DNA of 64,000 nucleotides from an uncultured Oscillospiraceae bacterium (GTDB taxonomy: Bacteria > Bacillota > Clostridia > Christensenellales > CAG-138): NCBI GenBank assembly GCA_964476505.1, contig CAYZAW010000003.1:2462-66461 (forward strand). The letters run 5' to 3'. The notes under the pieces were generated by a model that did no database searches, was not told where the DNA came from, and saw nothing but the letters and a program-made list of their open reading frames with translations. Positions 45,495 to 53,908 of the stretch are shown piece after piece; position 1 is the first letter of the stretch, and each line of letters starts with the position of its first letter. The position numbers and the translations under genes are program-made.

Positions 45495-47930
45495 ATGACA
45501 AGGCTGGCTGGCAATCCGTTTGAAGAAGTTCTGCCCCGGGCGAAGGAATTGACCGCGCAAATGACGCTCAAGGAAAAGGCGGCGTTATGTGCCGGTACCG
45601 ATTTCTGGCACACGCATGCCATAGACAGGCTTGGGCTTCCCTCCGTGATGGTTACAGACGGCCCGCACGGCCTTCGCAAGCAATCCTCCGATTCGGATCA
45701 CTTAGGCATCAACGCCTCCGTGCCCGCAACCTGCTTTCCTACCGCCGCCACCACCGCTTGCAGCTTTGACCGCGATTTGCTGTATGAAATAGGCACAGCG
45801 CTTGCACAGGAATGCATACAGGAAGAAGTTGCCGTGCTTTTAGGGCCTGCCGCGAACATCAAGCGAAGCCCTCTTTGCGGACGGAATTTTGAATACATCT
45901 CGGAAGACCCGTTTGTAACCGGCGAAACCGCCGCCTCCATTATCAACGGCATACAAAGCAAAAACGTTGGCACCAGCCTGAAACACTATTTGGCAAACAA
46001 TCAGGAGAAGGCAAGGCTGGTTTCCAATTCCGTGATCGACGAACGCGCGCTTCGCGAAATCTATATGGCGGGCTTTGAAGCCGCCATCAAAGAAGCGCAG
46101 CCTTGGACGGTCATGTGTTCTTATAATAGAATCAACGGCGTTTACGCCTCCGACAGCAAGCGCTTTATGACGGACGTTGCCCGCGGCGAATGGGGTTATA
46201 ACGGCATGGTGGTGACCGACTGGGGCGCGTTAAACGATCGCATATCAGCCGTAAAGGCCGGGGTGGACTTGGAAATGCCGGGGCCCAACCCCAATTCCGA
46301 CGAAGAGATCATCAAGGCTGTGCAAAACGGTACCCTAAGCGAGAAATTACTGGATCACTGCGTGGAGCGCATCACCGCCGTGATTTTGCAGTCCATGAAG
46401 ACCACGCGCGCCAGCTACGACATCCCGCAGCATAACGATCTGGCACGCTTTGCCGCACGGGAAAGCGCCGTGCTGTTAAAGCTTGGCGCTGCCCTTCCCG
46501 CAAGCACAGGTGCAAAGGCCGCCATTATTGGCGAGCTTGCAAAAGCGCCCCGCTATCAAGGCGCAGGCAGCAGCCGCATCGTTCCCACCTGCATCACCTC
46601 CCTATGCGACGCTATGACTGCCGTAGGGCGGGATTACACCTATGCCGCAGGCTATTCCACCGCGCAGGATACCGCCGACCCATCGCTTATACAGGAAGCC
46701 GTTGCGGCGGCGCGGGGCAAAGACGTGGTATTTGCCTGCGTTGGGCTGCCGGATTATTACGAAAGCGAGGGCTTTGACAGAGCCCATATGCGTCTGCCCG
46801 AAGCGCACAACGCCCTGATGGATGCGCTGATCGAAACAGGCGTGCCCGTTGTTGCGATACTATACACAGGCAGCCCGGTGGAGCTGCCTTGGCGCGACCG
46901 TGTAGACTCCATCCTGCTGATGGGGCTTCCCGGGCAAAACGGCGGCAGCGCCGCCTGCGATCTGTTATACGGGGATCACAGCCCCAGCGGCAGGCTGGCG
47001 GAAACTTGGCCGCTTTCCCTTGCGGATACCCCCTGCAACGCGCACTTTGGCACGGGTGGGAACGTAGAATACCGGGAGAGCATTTACGTGGGCTACCGGT
47101 ATTACGATAAAGCGGAAAAAGCCGTGGCATATCCCTTTGGATATGGGCTGTCTTACACATCCTTTGCGTACAGCGATATCAAGCTTTCCAAAAAGCTGAT
47201 ATCCGATCAGGAGGCGCTTACCGTTACCCTGACCGTAACCAATACCGGTACCATGCGCGGAAAGGAAGTCGTGCAGCTGTACGTTGCGCCGCCAAAAAGC
47301 GCCGTCTTCAAGCCGGTACGGGAGCTGCGGGGGTTTGCGAAGATCGAGTTGGAGCCGAAGGAAAGCAAGGAAGTTGCCTTTACGTTGGAACGCCGGGCGT
47401 TTGCGTATTACAACGTGAACGTAAGCGACTGGTTCGTGGAAAGCGGCAACTACCAAATTGAGATCGGCGCGTCCAGCCGGGATATCCGGCTAACGGATAC
47501 CGTTGAGATCGTAAGCGCGCAGGTTGGCACGGTTCCCGATTATCACAGCGCCGCGCCCGCGTATTATACGCTTACAGGCGAGCCCTTCGACGTACCGCAG
47601 GCGCAATTTGAGGCGCTGTTAGGCCACCCCGTAGACCCGCTGCCCGAGATACGCCCCTTCTCCCTGAATTCTACGCTGAGCGATATTCGCGTGTGCTGGC
47701 TTGGTCGCATGATCTACAACGGCATACAGCGGGAGATCAATAAAATGCTCAACTGCGACGAAAATGCCGACGCCGCCATTATGCTTCGCGCCATGCTGGA
47801 CGATATGCCCCTGCGGCAAATCACCCTTTCCGGCCCGGACGGAATCACCCGCGGCAAGATCATCGGGTTGGTAGACCTGTTAAACGGGCATGTATTGCGC
47901 GGGCTTGGCAAGGTGCTCGGAAGGGCATAA
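45495..47930 (+). CDS. glycoside hydrolase family 3 beta-glucosidase-like enzyme with a C-terminal Fn3-like domain
   Basis: 811 aa with AGGAGGGGG before the ATG. KHYLANNQE motif, nucleophile region VVTDWGA, and a C-terminal GKEVVQLYV Fn3-like segment. Confidence 0.88.
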   Translation: MTRLAGNPFEEVLPRAKELTAQMTLKEKAALCAGTDFWHTHAIDRLGLPSVMVTDGPHGLRKQSSDSDHLGINASVPATCFPTAATTACSFDRDLLYEIGTALAQECIQEEVAVLLGPAANIKRSPLCGRNFEYISEDPFVTGETAASIINGIQSKNVGTSLKHYLANNQEKARLVSNSVIDERALREIYMAGFEAAIKEAQPWTVMCSYNRINGVYASDSKRFMTDVARGEWGYNGMVVTDWGALNDRISAVKAGVDLEMPGPNPNSDEEIIKAVQNGTLSEKLLDHCVERITAVILQSMKTTRASYDIPQHNDLARFAARESAVLLKLGAALPASTGAKAAIIGELAKAPRYQGAGSSRIVPTCITSLCDAMTAVGRDYTYAAGYSTAQDTADPSLIQEAVAAARGKDVVFACVGLPDYYESEGFDRAHMRLPEAHNALMDALIETGVPVVAILYTGSPVELPWRDRVDSILLMGLPGQNGGSAACDLLYGDHSPSGRLAETWPLSLADTPCNAHFGTGGNVEYRESIYVGYRYYDKAEKAVAYPFGYGLSYTSFAYSDIKLSKKLISDQEALTVTLTVTNTGTMRGKEVVQLYVAPPKSAVFKPVRELRGFAKIELEPKESKEVAFTLERRAFAYYNVNVSDWFVESGNYQIEIGASSRDIRLTDTVEIVSAQVGTVPDYHSAAPAYYTLTGEPFDVPQAQFEALLGHPVDPLPEIRPFSLNSTLSDIRVCWLGRMIYNGIQREINKMLNCDENADAAIMLRAMLDDMPLRQITLSGPDGITRGKIIGLVDLLNGHVLRGLGKVLGRA

Positions 47931-47950
47931 CGGTTGCTTACAGGTACGAA

Positions 47951-47978
47951 AACGCCCCGGCTGTATTGCCGGGGCGTT
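47951..47978. terminator. bidirectional terminator between the convergent GH3 and larC genes
   Basis: aacgccccggc-tgtatt-gccggggcgtt (11-bp arms), with A-rich and T-rich flanks. Confidence 0.75.
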
Positions 47979-47988
47979 GTTGCGTTTG

Positions 47989-49224
47989 TTACTCTTGCTG
48001 TTTTTTATATGCCGATAGGCTTTCTTTTACCTGTTCCAGCGAGCGCCCCGTTTCCCGGGCGATACGCACCAAGTCCTCATACTCCGGCTTTTCCCTGTTT
48101 ACGCCCCAGCCGGATACTGCCTTGATTTTAACTTCTCCGTCAGGCGTTGTTATGCTTTTACTTGTTCGCGCCAGCGTATACCGGTTGCACAGGTATTCTC
48201 GCACGCCAATGGTGGTGGTATGCAAAAACAAAAGCCTTAACAGTTGCTCCTTGCTGCTTTCCCGGCAGATGCAGTACAGCAGCACCCCGGGGCGGCTTTT
48301 TTTCATGCCTGCCGCCACAGTATACACCTCTAACGCACCGCCTAAAAACAACTGCTCCTGCGCAAAGCCGATGGCCTCGGGGGTCATATCGTCTAAATTG
48401 CAGCAAAGCTCCACGACCTGCTCCGTTTGAGACTGCGTGCTGCCTATCAGCGCACGCAGGCAGTTTGCGGCAGGAAATTCCTTGCTGCCCATGCCGTAGC
48501 CTATTTTTTGTACCGTCATTTGCGGTAAGCTTCCAAAGGAAGAAACAAAATACTTCAACAGCGCCGCGCCGGTGGGCGTGCAAAGCTCTCCTTGTATCTC
48601 TTTGCTGTAAACTGGAATGCCCTGCAATAAATATGCCGTTGCTGGCGCGGGAACGGGCAGCACACCATGGGCGCAGTGAACCGTTCCGCTTCCAACGTGT
48701 ACGGCAGACGCTATCACCTGCTCGGGAGAAAGCATATCCATCAGCAGGCAAACGCCCACCACATCCGCTACCGCGTCCATAGTGCCTACTTCATGGAAGT
48801 GTATCTGCTCCACGGTCTTGCCGTGCACATGCCCCTCCGCCTCGGCGATCAGCGTATACACGGCTATTGCATCCTGCTTCACCTTTTCCGGCAGGTCAAG
48901 ATGACTTATCATATGCCGGATGCCGGGAAGCCCCGTGCCGTGCGCATGCTCTTGGGTATGCATATGGCGGTGTTCGTGATGTTCGCCGTCACGGTTTTGA
49001 CCGTCGTTATCCGCAAGCTCTTCTTCGCCGTGTACCGTGACCTCCATGTGCGTGCCGGAGATACCGCATTTTACGGAGGGAACGGCGCGTACCGCCACGC
49101 CGGGCAGACCCAGCCCGTTCATGCGGGCAATAAACGCCGCAGGTTCCGGGCAAAGCTCCAACAGCGCCGCCATCAGCATATCTCCCGCCGCACCCATATT
49201 ACATTCTAAATACAGTGTTTTCAT
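47989..49224 (-). CDS. larC: nickel-pincer cofactor biosynthesis protein LarC (nickel insertase)
   Basis: 411 aa. MGAAGDMLMAALLEL N-terminus (DUF111 family) and a His-rich stretch GEHHEHRHMHTQEHAHG (about 48937-49032). Confidence 0.88.
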   Translation of the reverse strand: MKTLYLECNMGAAGDMLMAALLELCPEPAAFIARMNGLGLPGVAVRAVPSVKCGISGTHMEVTVHGEEELADNDGQNRDGEHHEHRHMHTQEHAHGTGLPGIRHMISHLDLPEKVKQDAIAVYTLIAEAEGHVHGKTVEQIHFHEVGTMDAVADVVGVCLLMDMLSPEQVIASAVHVGSGTVHCAHGVLPVPAPATAYLLQGIPVYSKEIQGELCTPTGAALLKYFVSSFGSLPQMTVQKIGYGMGSKEFPAANCLRALIGSTQSQTEQVVELCCNLDDMTPEAIGFAQEQLFLGGALEVYTVAAGMKKSRPGVLLYCICRESSKEQLLRLLFLHTTTIGVREYLCNRYTLARTSKSITTPDGEVKIKAVSGWGVNREKPEYEDLVRIARETGRSLEQVKESLSAYKKQQE

Positions 49225-49979
49225 ACCTTCACCCCAATATGGTTGATCATGCTTGCCAAGTATCCGGCTCCAAAGCCGTTATCGATATTGACCACGCTGA
49301 CCCCGCTTGCGCAGGAATTCAGCATGGACAGCAGCGCGGATAACCCCTCAAAGGACGCGCCGTAGCCAACGCTTGTAGGTACGGCGATCACGGGGCAGTC
49401 CGCAAGGCCGCCGATCACGCTGGCAAGCGCCCCTTCCATGCCGGCGATGGCGATAATGACCGATGCCTGCATGATATCCTCTACATGCGCAAGCAGCCTG
49501 TGCAGCCCGGCAACGCCCACGTCATACAGGCGCTGTACGGAATTTCCTAAGGCCTCCGCCGTGATCGCCGCTTCCTCCGCCACCGGCATGTCGCTGGTAC
49601 CGCCCGTTGCGATCACGATGGTGCCCCGTCCGCCGGGCTTTGGCAATTCTCCCGCAACGCCGGTTTTGCTAAGCGCATCGTATTCTATGGGTATTTGCTG
49701 CCGCACCGTTTCTGCCGCCTCCGGCGACATCCGGGTGATCAGCACGGTTTCCTGCCCCTGTTGCAGCAGTGCCTTTGTAATGCCTATGATCTGCTCCGGG
49801 GTTTTCCCCGCGCCGTAAATCACCTCGGGGATACCCTGCCGCATGGCCCGGTGATGATCCAGCTTGGCATAGCCCAAGTCCTCAAAGGGCGCGGTACGCA
49901 GCTTTAATGCCGCATCCTCCGGCAGCAGCGTACCTGCCGCCACCTGCTGCAATATCTGCTCCAATTCCTGCTTGTTCAT
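49221..49979 (-). CDS. larB: nickel-pincer cofactor biosynthesis protein LarB (NaAD carboxylase/hydrolase)
   Basis: 252 aa. PurE/AIR-carboxylase-like core (IVIATGGTSDMPVAEEA, IAIAGMEGALASVIGG). Overlaps the larC start. Confidence 0.85.
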   Translation of the reverse strand: MNKQELEQILQQVAAGTLLPEDAALKLRTAPFEDLGYAKLDHHRAMRQGIPEVIYGAGKTPEQIIGITKALLQQGQETVLITRMSPEAAETVRQQIPIEYDALSKTGVAGELPKPGGRGTIVIATGGTSDMPVAEEAAITAEALGNSVQRLYDVGVAGLHRLLAHVEDIMQASVIIAIAGMEGALASVIGGLADCPVIAVPTSVGYGASFEGLSALLSMLNSCASGVSVVNIDNGFGAGYLASMINHIGVKV

Positions 49980-49982
49980 GCG

Positions 49983-50726
49983 TTACCTCCCGGCTAAGTC
50001 CAGCGTTACGGTTGCAAAATACGGTTCCAATGCTTTTTGTATTGCTTCGCGTTCGCGTACCGCGCGTTCCATATCCTCCGCCCTGACCTCCAGCCTTGCG
50101 GCCTGCTCCATCCAGCGAACACGTATATCCTGATAGCCCAGCTCCATAAGCGCCGCCTCTGCGTGCTCCACGCAGTAAAGCATTTGCTGCGTGATGCCCG
50201 TTCCCGTTGGAATGCGGGTGGCAAGGCAGGCATAGGCGGGCTTATTCCACGTAAACAGCCCCGCCTCCTTGGAAAGTGTGCGTATCATGGGCTTGGTGAG
50301 CCCGCATGCTTGCAGCGGCGAGCAAACGCCCAACTCCCGCAGCGCCCGCATGCCCGGGCGGTCGCCGGCATCGTCAGAGGCGTTAGTGCCGTCCAACAGC
50401 AGGGTGTACCCATCTGTCAGCGCCCGTTTTTGCAGAGCTAAAAACAAGGCGGTTTTACAATGGTAACAGCGCTCCTTTGGATTTGCCGCCACCTCCGGCA
50501 GCGCCAGTACATCCAGTTCGATGATGATAAGCTTTGCACCGCAGTCTTGCGCTATTCGCTTGGCATCCTCCAACTCAAAGGCGGGCTGAAAGGCCGTTTT
50601 GATGTAATAAGGCTGCACATCCGCCTTGCATTGCTTTGCCGCATACAAAAGATACGCGGAATCCACCCCGCCGGACAGCCCCAGCGCAGCCCTAGGGTTC
50701 TGCTGAAAAAACGCCTGTAACGTCAT
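49983..50726 (-). CDS. larE: ATP-dependent sacrificial sulfur transferase LarE
   Basis: 247 aa. PP-loop LSGGVDS and the candidate sacrificial Cys in AYACLATRIP. Confidence 0.85.
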   Translation of the reverse strand: MTLQAFFQQNPRAALGLSGGVDSAYLLYAAKQCKADVQPYYIKTAFQPAFELEDAKRIAQDCGAKLIIIELDVLALPEVAANPKERCYHCKTALFLALQKRALTDGYTLLLDGTNASDDAGDRPGMRALRELGVCSPLQACGLTKPMIRTLSKEAGLFTWNKPAYACLATRIPTGTGITQQMLYCVEHAEAALMELGYQDIRVRWMEQAARLEVRAEDMERAVREREAIQKALEPYFATVTLDLAGR

Positions 50727-51445
50727 CGCGCTTCTCCTCCAACGCCAATGGCCTCTACGCCGCAGTCGTCCATTTGCTTTGTATCATACAACAGCGCTTT
50801 TGAAGCGCCGTCTGCAAACAATGCGCCTTGCTTTAGCAGCACCGCCCGATTGCAGGTGTCCGCCGCAAAGGAAATATCGTGGGTGGCGATCACCTTGGTG
50901 CAGGGCAGGCTGTTCAAAATATGGATGAGGTTTCGCCGTGCCTTGGGGTCTAAAAAGGCGCTGGGCTCGTCTAAAAGGATGACCGAAGGCTCCATTACAA
51001 GCACCGTTGCCAGCGCCGCCATGCGCTTTTCGCCGCCGGAGAGGCGCAGCGATGTGCGGCCTTTTAGATGCATGATGCCAAGCGCCGTTAAACAAGCGTC
51101 CACCCGGCGCTCTGTCTCCTCCTCCGAAACGCCTTGGTTTCTGAGGCCAAAGGCGATATCGTCGTAAATCGTTGGCATAAACAACTGATCGTCCGGGTTT
51201 TGAAACACCACGCCTACACGCTGGCGAATGCTTGCAAGCGTGTCTTTACCTAGCCGTATGCCGTCTACGGTGATGCTGCCGGATGCGGGCAGTACACCTA
51301 CCGTTGCCATGATAAACGAGGTTTTCCCCGCGCCGTTTGCGCCAATAAGCGCCACGCTTTCGCCGGAACCCACGGTGAGCGTGATATCCTTTAGCCCTAC
51401 CGTATGATCCGGATAGGTTACGGTGCAATCCGTCAATGCCAGCAT
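50723..51445 (-). CDS. cbiO: ECF/CbiO-type ABC transporter ATP-binding protein
   Basis: The track start 51469 is unlikely. The ATG at 51445 (MLALTDCTV) has GAGGTG 5 nt upstream and lies 1 nt after the cbiQ stop. Walker A GANGAGKTS and signature LSGGEKRM. Confidence 0.88.
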   Translation of the reverse strand: MLALTDCTVTYPDHTVGLKDITLTVGSGESVALIGANGAGKTSFIMATVGVLPASGSITVDGIRLGKDTLASIRQRVGVVFQNPDDQLFMPTIYDDIAFGLRNQGVSEEETERRVDACLTALGIMHLKGRTSLRLSGGEKRMAALATVLVMEPSVILLDEPSAFLDPKARRNLIHILNSLPCTKVIATHDISFAADTCNRAVLLKQGALFADGASKALLYDTKQMDDCGVEAIGVGGEAR

Positions 51446-51446
51446 G

Positions 51447-52241
51447 TTACCACCTCGCGATCCAATCAAACACGTTTACCGCCCGAAACAGCACCGGCAG
51501 CCCGCAGGCGCATAACAGATACGCATAATCGGCGGCAGTCAGCGGTCGTTTTTTTGTATACGCACCGGGAAGGCCCTGCCCCCGGCACTGCATGGCGTTA
51601 TAAATGCGCTCTGCACGGTCGAAGCTTCGAAGCAATAGCTGCCCGGTAAAGCTGCCCATGTGGCGCATTTCTACTCCGCGCCCGCCGCCGCTTCTGAGGC
51701 GGTACGCGGTAAACATGGAGGAAGCCTCCTCCAACAGCGCCGCCACATAGCGATAGGTCATTTCGAACAGCGTGATGAACAACACCGGCAGGTGCAGCCG
51801 CTTTAACTGCCCCGTCAACTGCGAAAAGGGCGTTACGCTGACCAAAAGCAGCACGGCGGATACGCATAAAAACGTTCTGTACAGTATCATCACGAACGTT
51901 ACCGCACCAAGGCTGACCGTAACGCCGCCTATCTGCATCCATGCGCCCCTGTCAAACAGCAGATTGGATACCCCCGCAAACAGGCAAAACGGCAACGCGA
52001 TGGCAGTGCGTTTTATAATCATTCCCGGAGGGACCTCCGCAAGCGCCATGATCAGCACCGGGTAAAACACATAAGGCGCAAGGCGAAACACGGCAGTACG
52101 GCTAAAGGACATCACGCATACGATATAGGTGATGCAGCCCAAAAGCTTTACAAGGGGGTGCAAACGGTGTATGGCCGTGCCCCCCTGTGCAAGCTGCTCT
52201 AAGGAATATATCTCGCTGATTGTACGCCGAATGTCTGCCAT
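51447..52241 (-). CDS. cbiQ: ECF transporter transmembrane (T) component CbiQ
   Basis: 264 aa and polytopic. Typical CbiQ position between the M component and the ATPase. Confidence 0.8.
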   Translation of the reverse strand: MADIRRTISEIYSLEQLAQGGTAIHRLHPLVKLLGCITYIVCVMSFSRTAVFRLAPYVFYPVLIMALAEVPPGMIIKRTAIALPFCLFAGVSNLLFDRGAWMQIGGVTVSLGAVTFVMILYRTFLCVSAVLLLVSVTPFSQLTGQLKRLHLPVLFITLFEMTYRYVAALLEEASSMFTAYRLRSGGGRGVEMRHMGSFTGQLLLRSFDRAERIYNAMQCRGQGLPGAYTKKRPLTAADYAYLLCACGLPVLFRAVNVFDWIARW

Positions 52242-52256
52242 AGTTCTCCCAATGAA

Positions 52257-53273
52257 TTATTCTGCCGTGTGTTTTCGTTTTTTAATAATGTAAATAAGCA
52301 AGCCCGCGCCGCCCGCAAGCACAAATGTCATGGCGGTGCCAATAAGCCCCGCCGCCGTTGTGCCGGATACGGCTTTTCCGTCGCTTCCCGAGGGATACTC
52401 ATAATCCGGCAGCAGCGCCGTTTGTTCCTGTATGGCAGCCGCATCCTCAAACAGACGGCCCTCCGCCTGTAATTCCGCCGTTCCCGCCGTTTTCTCCATA
52501 GACCATTCCAGCCCGTCCGGGTAGGCAGAGGCCGCAAGGGATAAACCGCCGCCAATTAAAAGCGCCAGCACGCTAAAGAGTATTACCACCCGCTTCATGG
52601 GAACGCCCTGCGGTATCGTCTGCCGCATGGCAGCGCTTTCTAACAGCTCCGGCCGCACCTGCTGCACAAAGCACAGCACCGCCGCCGTGATGAGCCCCTC
52701 CACCAAGCCGATCGCAAGGTGGATAGGCTGCATGACCGACACAAACGCACCAAACGGCAGCGCCGTAATGCTGGACAACAGCGTTTGCAACACCACGGCA
52801 AAGGCGCCAAGCTGGAGCGCTACAACGGCAGAGCAAACGGACGCCGTCGTTAACCGCTTTTTTGTAACGCCCTTATGCAGCAGCGGCTTGAACAGCAGCG
52901 GATACACCGCAAGGCAGGGAATGACCCCCATGTTGAATATGTTGCAGCCCAAGGCCAGCAGCCCGCCGTCTGCAAAAAACAGGCATTGAATCAGCAGCAC
53001 CGCGCAAATCGTTAAAAACGCCGGGTATCCCCCCAACATGGCGGCAAGCAGTATCCCGCCGCCGATATGCCCGCTGGAGCCCGTGCCGGGAATGGTAAAG
53101 TTGATCATTTGCGCAGCGAACACGAATGCCCCCGCCACCGCCATCATGGGCAGCTTTTTTTCGCCCAGCTCACTTTTTTGTACTTTTGCCGACGCAAGGC
53201 CAATCATGCCTGTGCTGACGGCGCACATGGTGATCCCCACAGCCGGGGACAATAACGCGTCTGCCATATGCAT
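52257..53273 (-). CDS. cbiM: CbiM/NikM-type metal-capture component fused to a C-terminal PDGLE domain
   Basis: The track start 53345 is unlikely. The ATG at 53273 has GGAGGT 7 nt upstream and gives MHMADALLSPAVG, the CbiM-family N-terminus. The C-terminal ~110 aa contain AYPDGLEWS (PDGLE) and a final TM segment. Confidence 0.8.
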   Translation of the reverse strand: MHMADALLSPAVGITMCAVSTGMIGLASAKVQKSELGEKKLPMMAVAGAFVFAAQMINFTIPGTGSSGHIGGGILLAAMLGGYPAFLTICAVLLIQCLFFADGGLLALGCNIFNMGVIPCLAVYPLLFKPLLHKGVTKKRLTTASVCSAVVALQLGAFAVVLQTLLSSITALPFGAFVSVMQPIHLAIGLVEGLITAAVLCFVQQVRPELLESAAMRQTIPQGVPMKRVVILFSVLALLIGGGLSLAASAYPDGLEWSMEKTAGTAELQAEGRLFEDAAAIQEQTALLPDYEYPSGSDGKAVSGTTAAGLIGTAMTFVLAGGAGLLIYIIKKRKHTAE

Positions 53274-53325
53274 AAGGCGTACCTCCAATAAAAAATGCCC
53301 CAAAGGAGTCTGTTCCCTGCCGGGA

Positions 53326-53382
53326 ACCGATCGCCTTCGTGGCAATACATTATTCCAGTAATCATTGACCGATCGACCTTCG
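53326..53382 (-). repeat. direct repeat CGAAGG(T)CGATCGGT x2 in the nik/lar leader
   Basis: On the plus strand: accgatcgccttcg (53326-53339) and accgatcgaccttcg (53368-53382). Each contains the palindrome CGATCG. Confidence 0.6.
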
Positions 53383-53447
53383 CTTTTTCAAAAGCGCCGC
53401 GCTCCTTCAAAGAACACGGATGGCGTATACGTTACGCCGTTGTTGGC

Positions 53448-53477
53448 ATTATACTATAAGCCCCGTATTCCCGTCAA
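53448..53477 (-). promoter_or_regulatory. sigma-A-like promoter for the cbiMQO-larEBC operon
   Basis: Minus strand reads TTGACG, then an 18-nt spacer, then TATAAT. The -35 overlaps the aroQ stop codon. The predicted 5' UTR is about 165 nt. Confidence 0.5.
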
Positions 53478-53908
53478 TTCCCATACCGGCTTTTTAAATA
53501 CGCCATGGCTTCCCGATACCCCATAAACCCGTGCCCGATAACGGTTTTTTCGCAGGCCATGCCCGCATAGGAAACCTGCCGAAAGGCTTCCCTACTGCCA
53601 ACATCGGAAATATGCACCTCCACCGCCGGGATCGACACCGCTCTTAAAGCGTCAAGTATAGCGATGCTGGTATGGGTATACGCGGCAGGGTTGATCACGA
53701 TGCCGTGAAACACGCCGTATGCCTGCTGGATAACGTCTACGATAGCCCCCTCATGGTTGGACTGAAACAGCTCCGCCTCTACGTTTAGCTCCTTTGCCCA
53801 ACCTAAAACGGCCTGCTCCAAATCCTTATAGGTTTGCCTGCCGTATATCTCCGGCTCTCGAATGCCCAGCATGTTTATGTTTGGCCCGTTAACGATCAGT
53901 ATTCGCAT
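53474..53908 (-). CDS. aroQ: type II 3-dehydroquinate dehydratase
   Basis: 144 aa. MRILIVNGPNINMLGIREPEIYG N-terminus. Confidence 0.92.
   Translation of the reverse strand: MRILIVNGPNINMLGIREPEIYGRQTYKDLEQAVLGWAKELNVEAELFQSNHEGAIVDVIQQAYGVFHGIVINPAAYTHTSIAILDALRAVSIPAVEVHISDVGSREAFRQVSYAGMACEKTVIGHGFMGYREAMAYLKSRYGN

Noticed and set aside
53204-53410. 68-aa minus-strand ORF covering the nik/lar leader and the start of cbiM
   Set aside because: It is out of frame with cbiM and overlaps it. It has no RBS, and the region is better explained as 5' UTR.
53274-53447. Cobalamin or NiCo (czcD-type) riboswitch in the nickel/lar leader
   Set aside because: No B12-box-like sequence or GGUG/GCCACUG core was seen. 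NiCo riboswitches normally switch on exporters rather than importers. Only a fragment (GGGAACAG) is vaguely similar. The element is left unclassified pending an Infernal scan.
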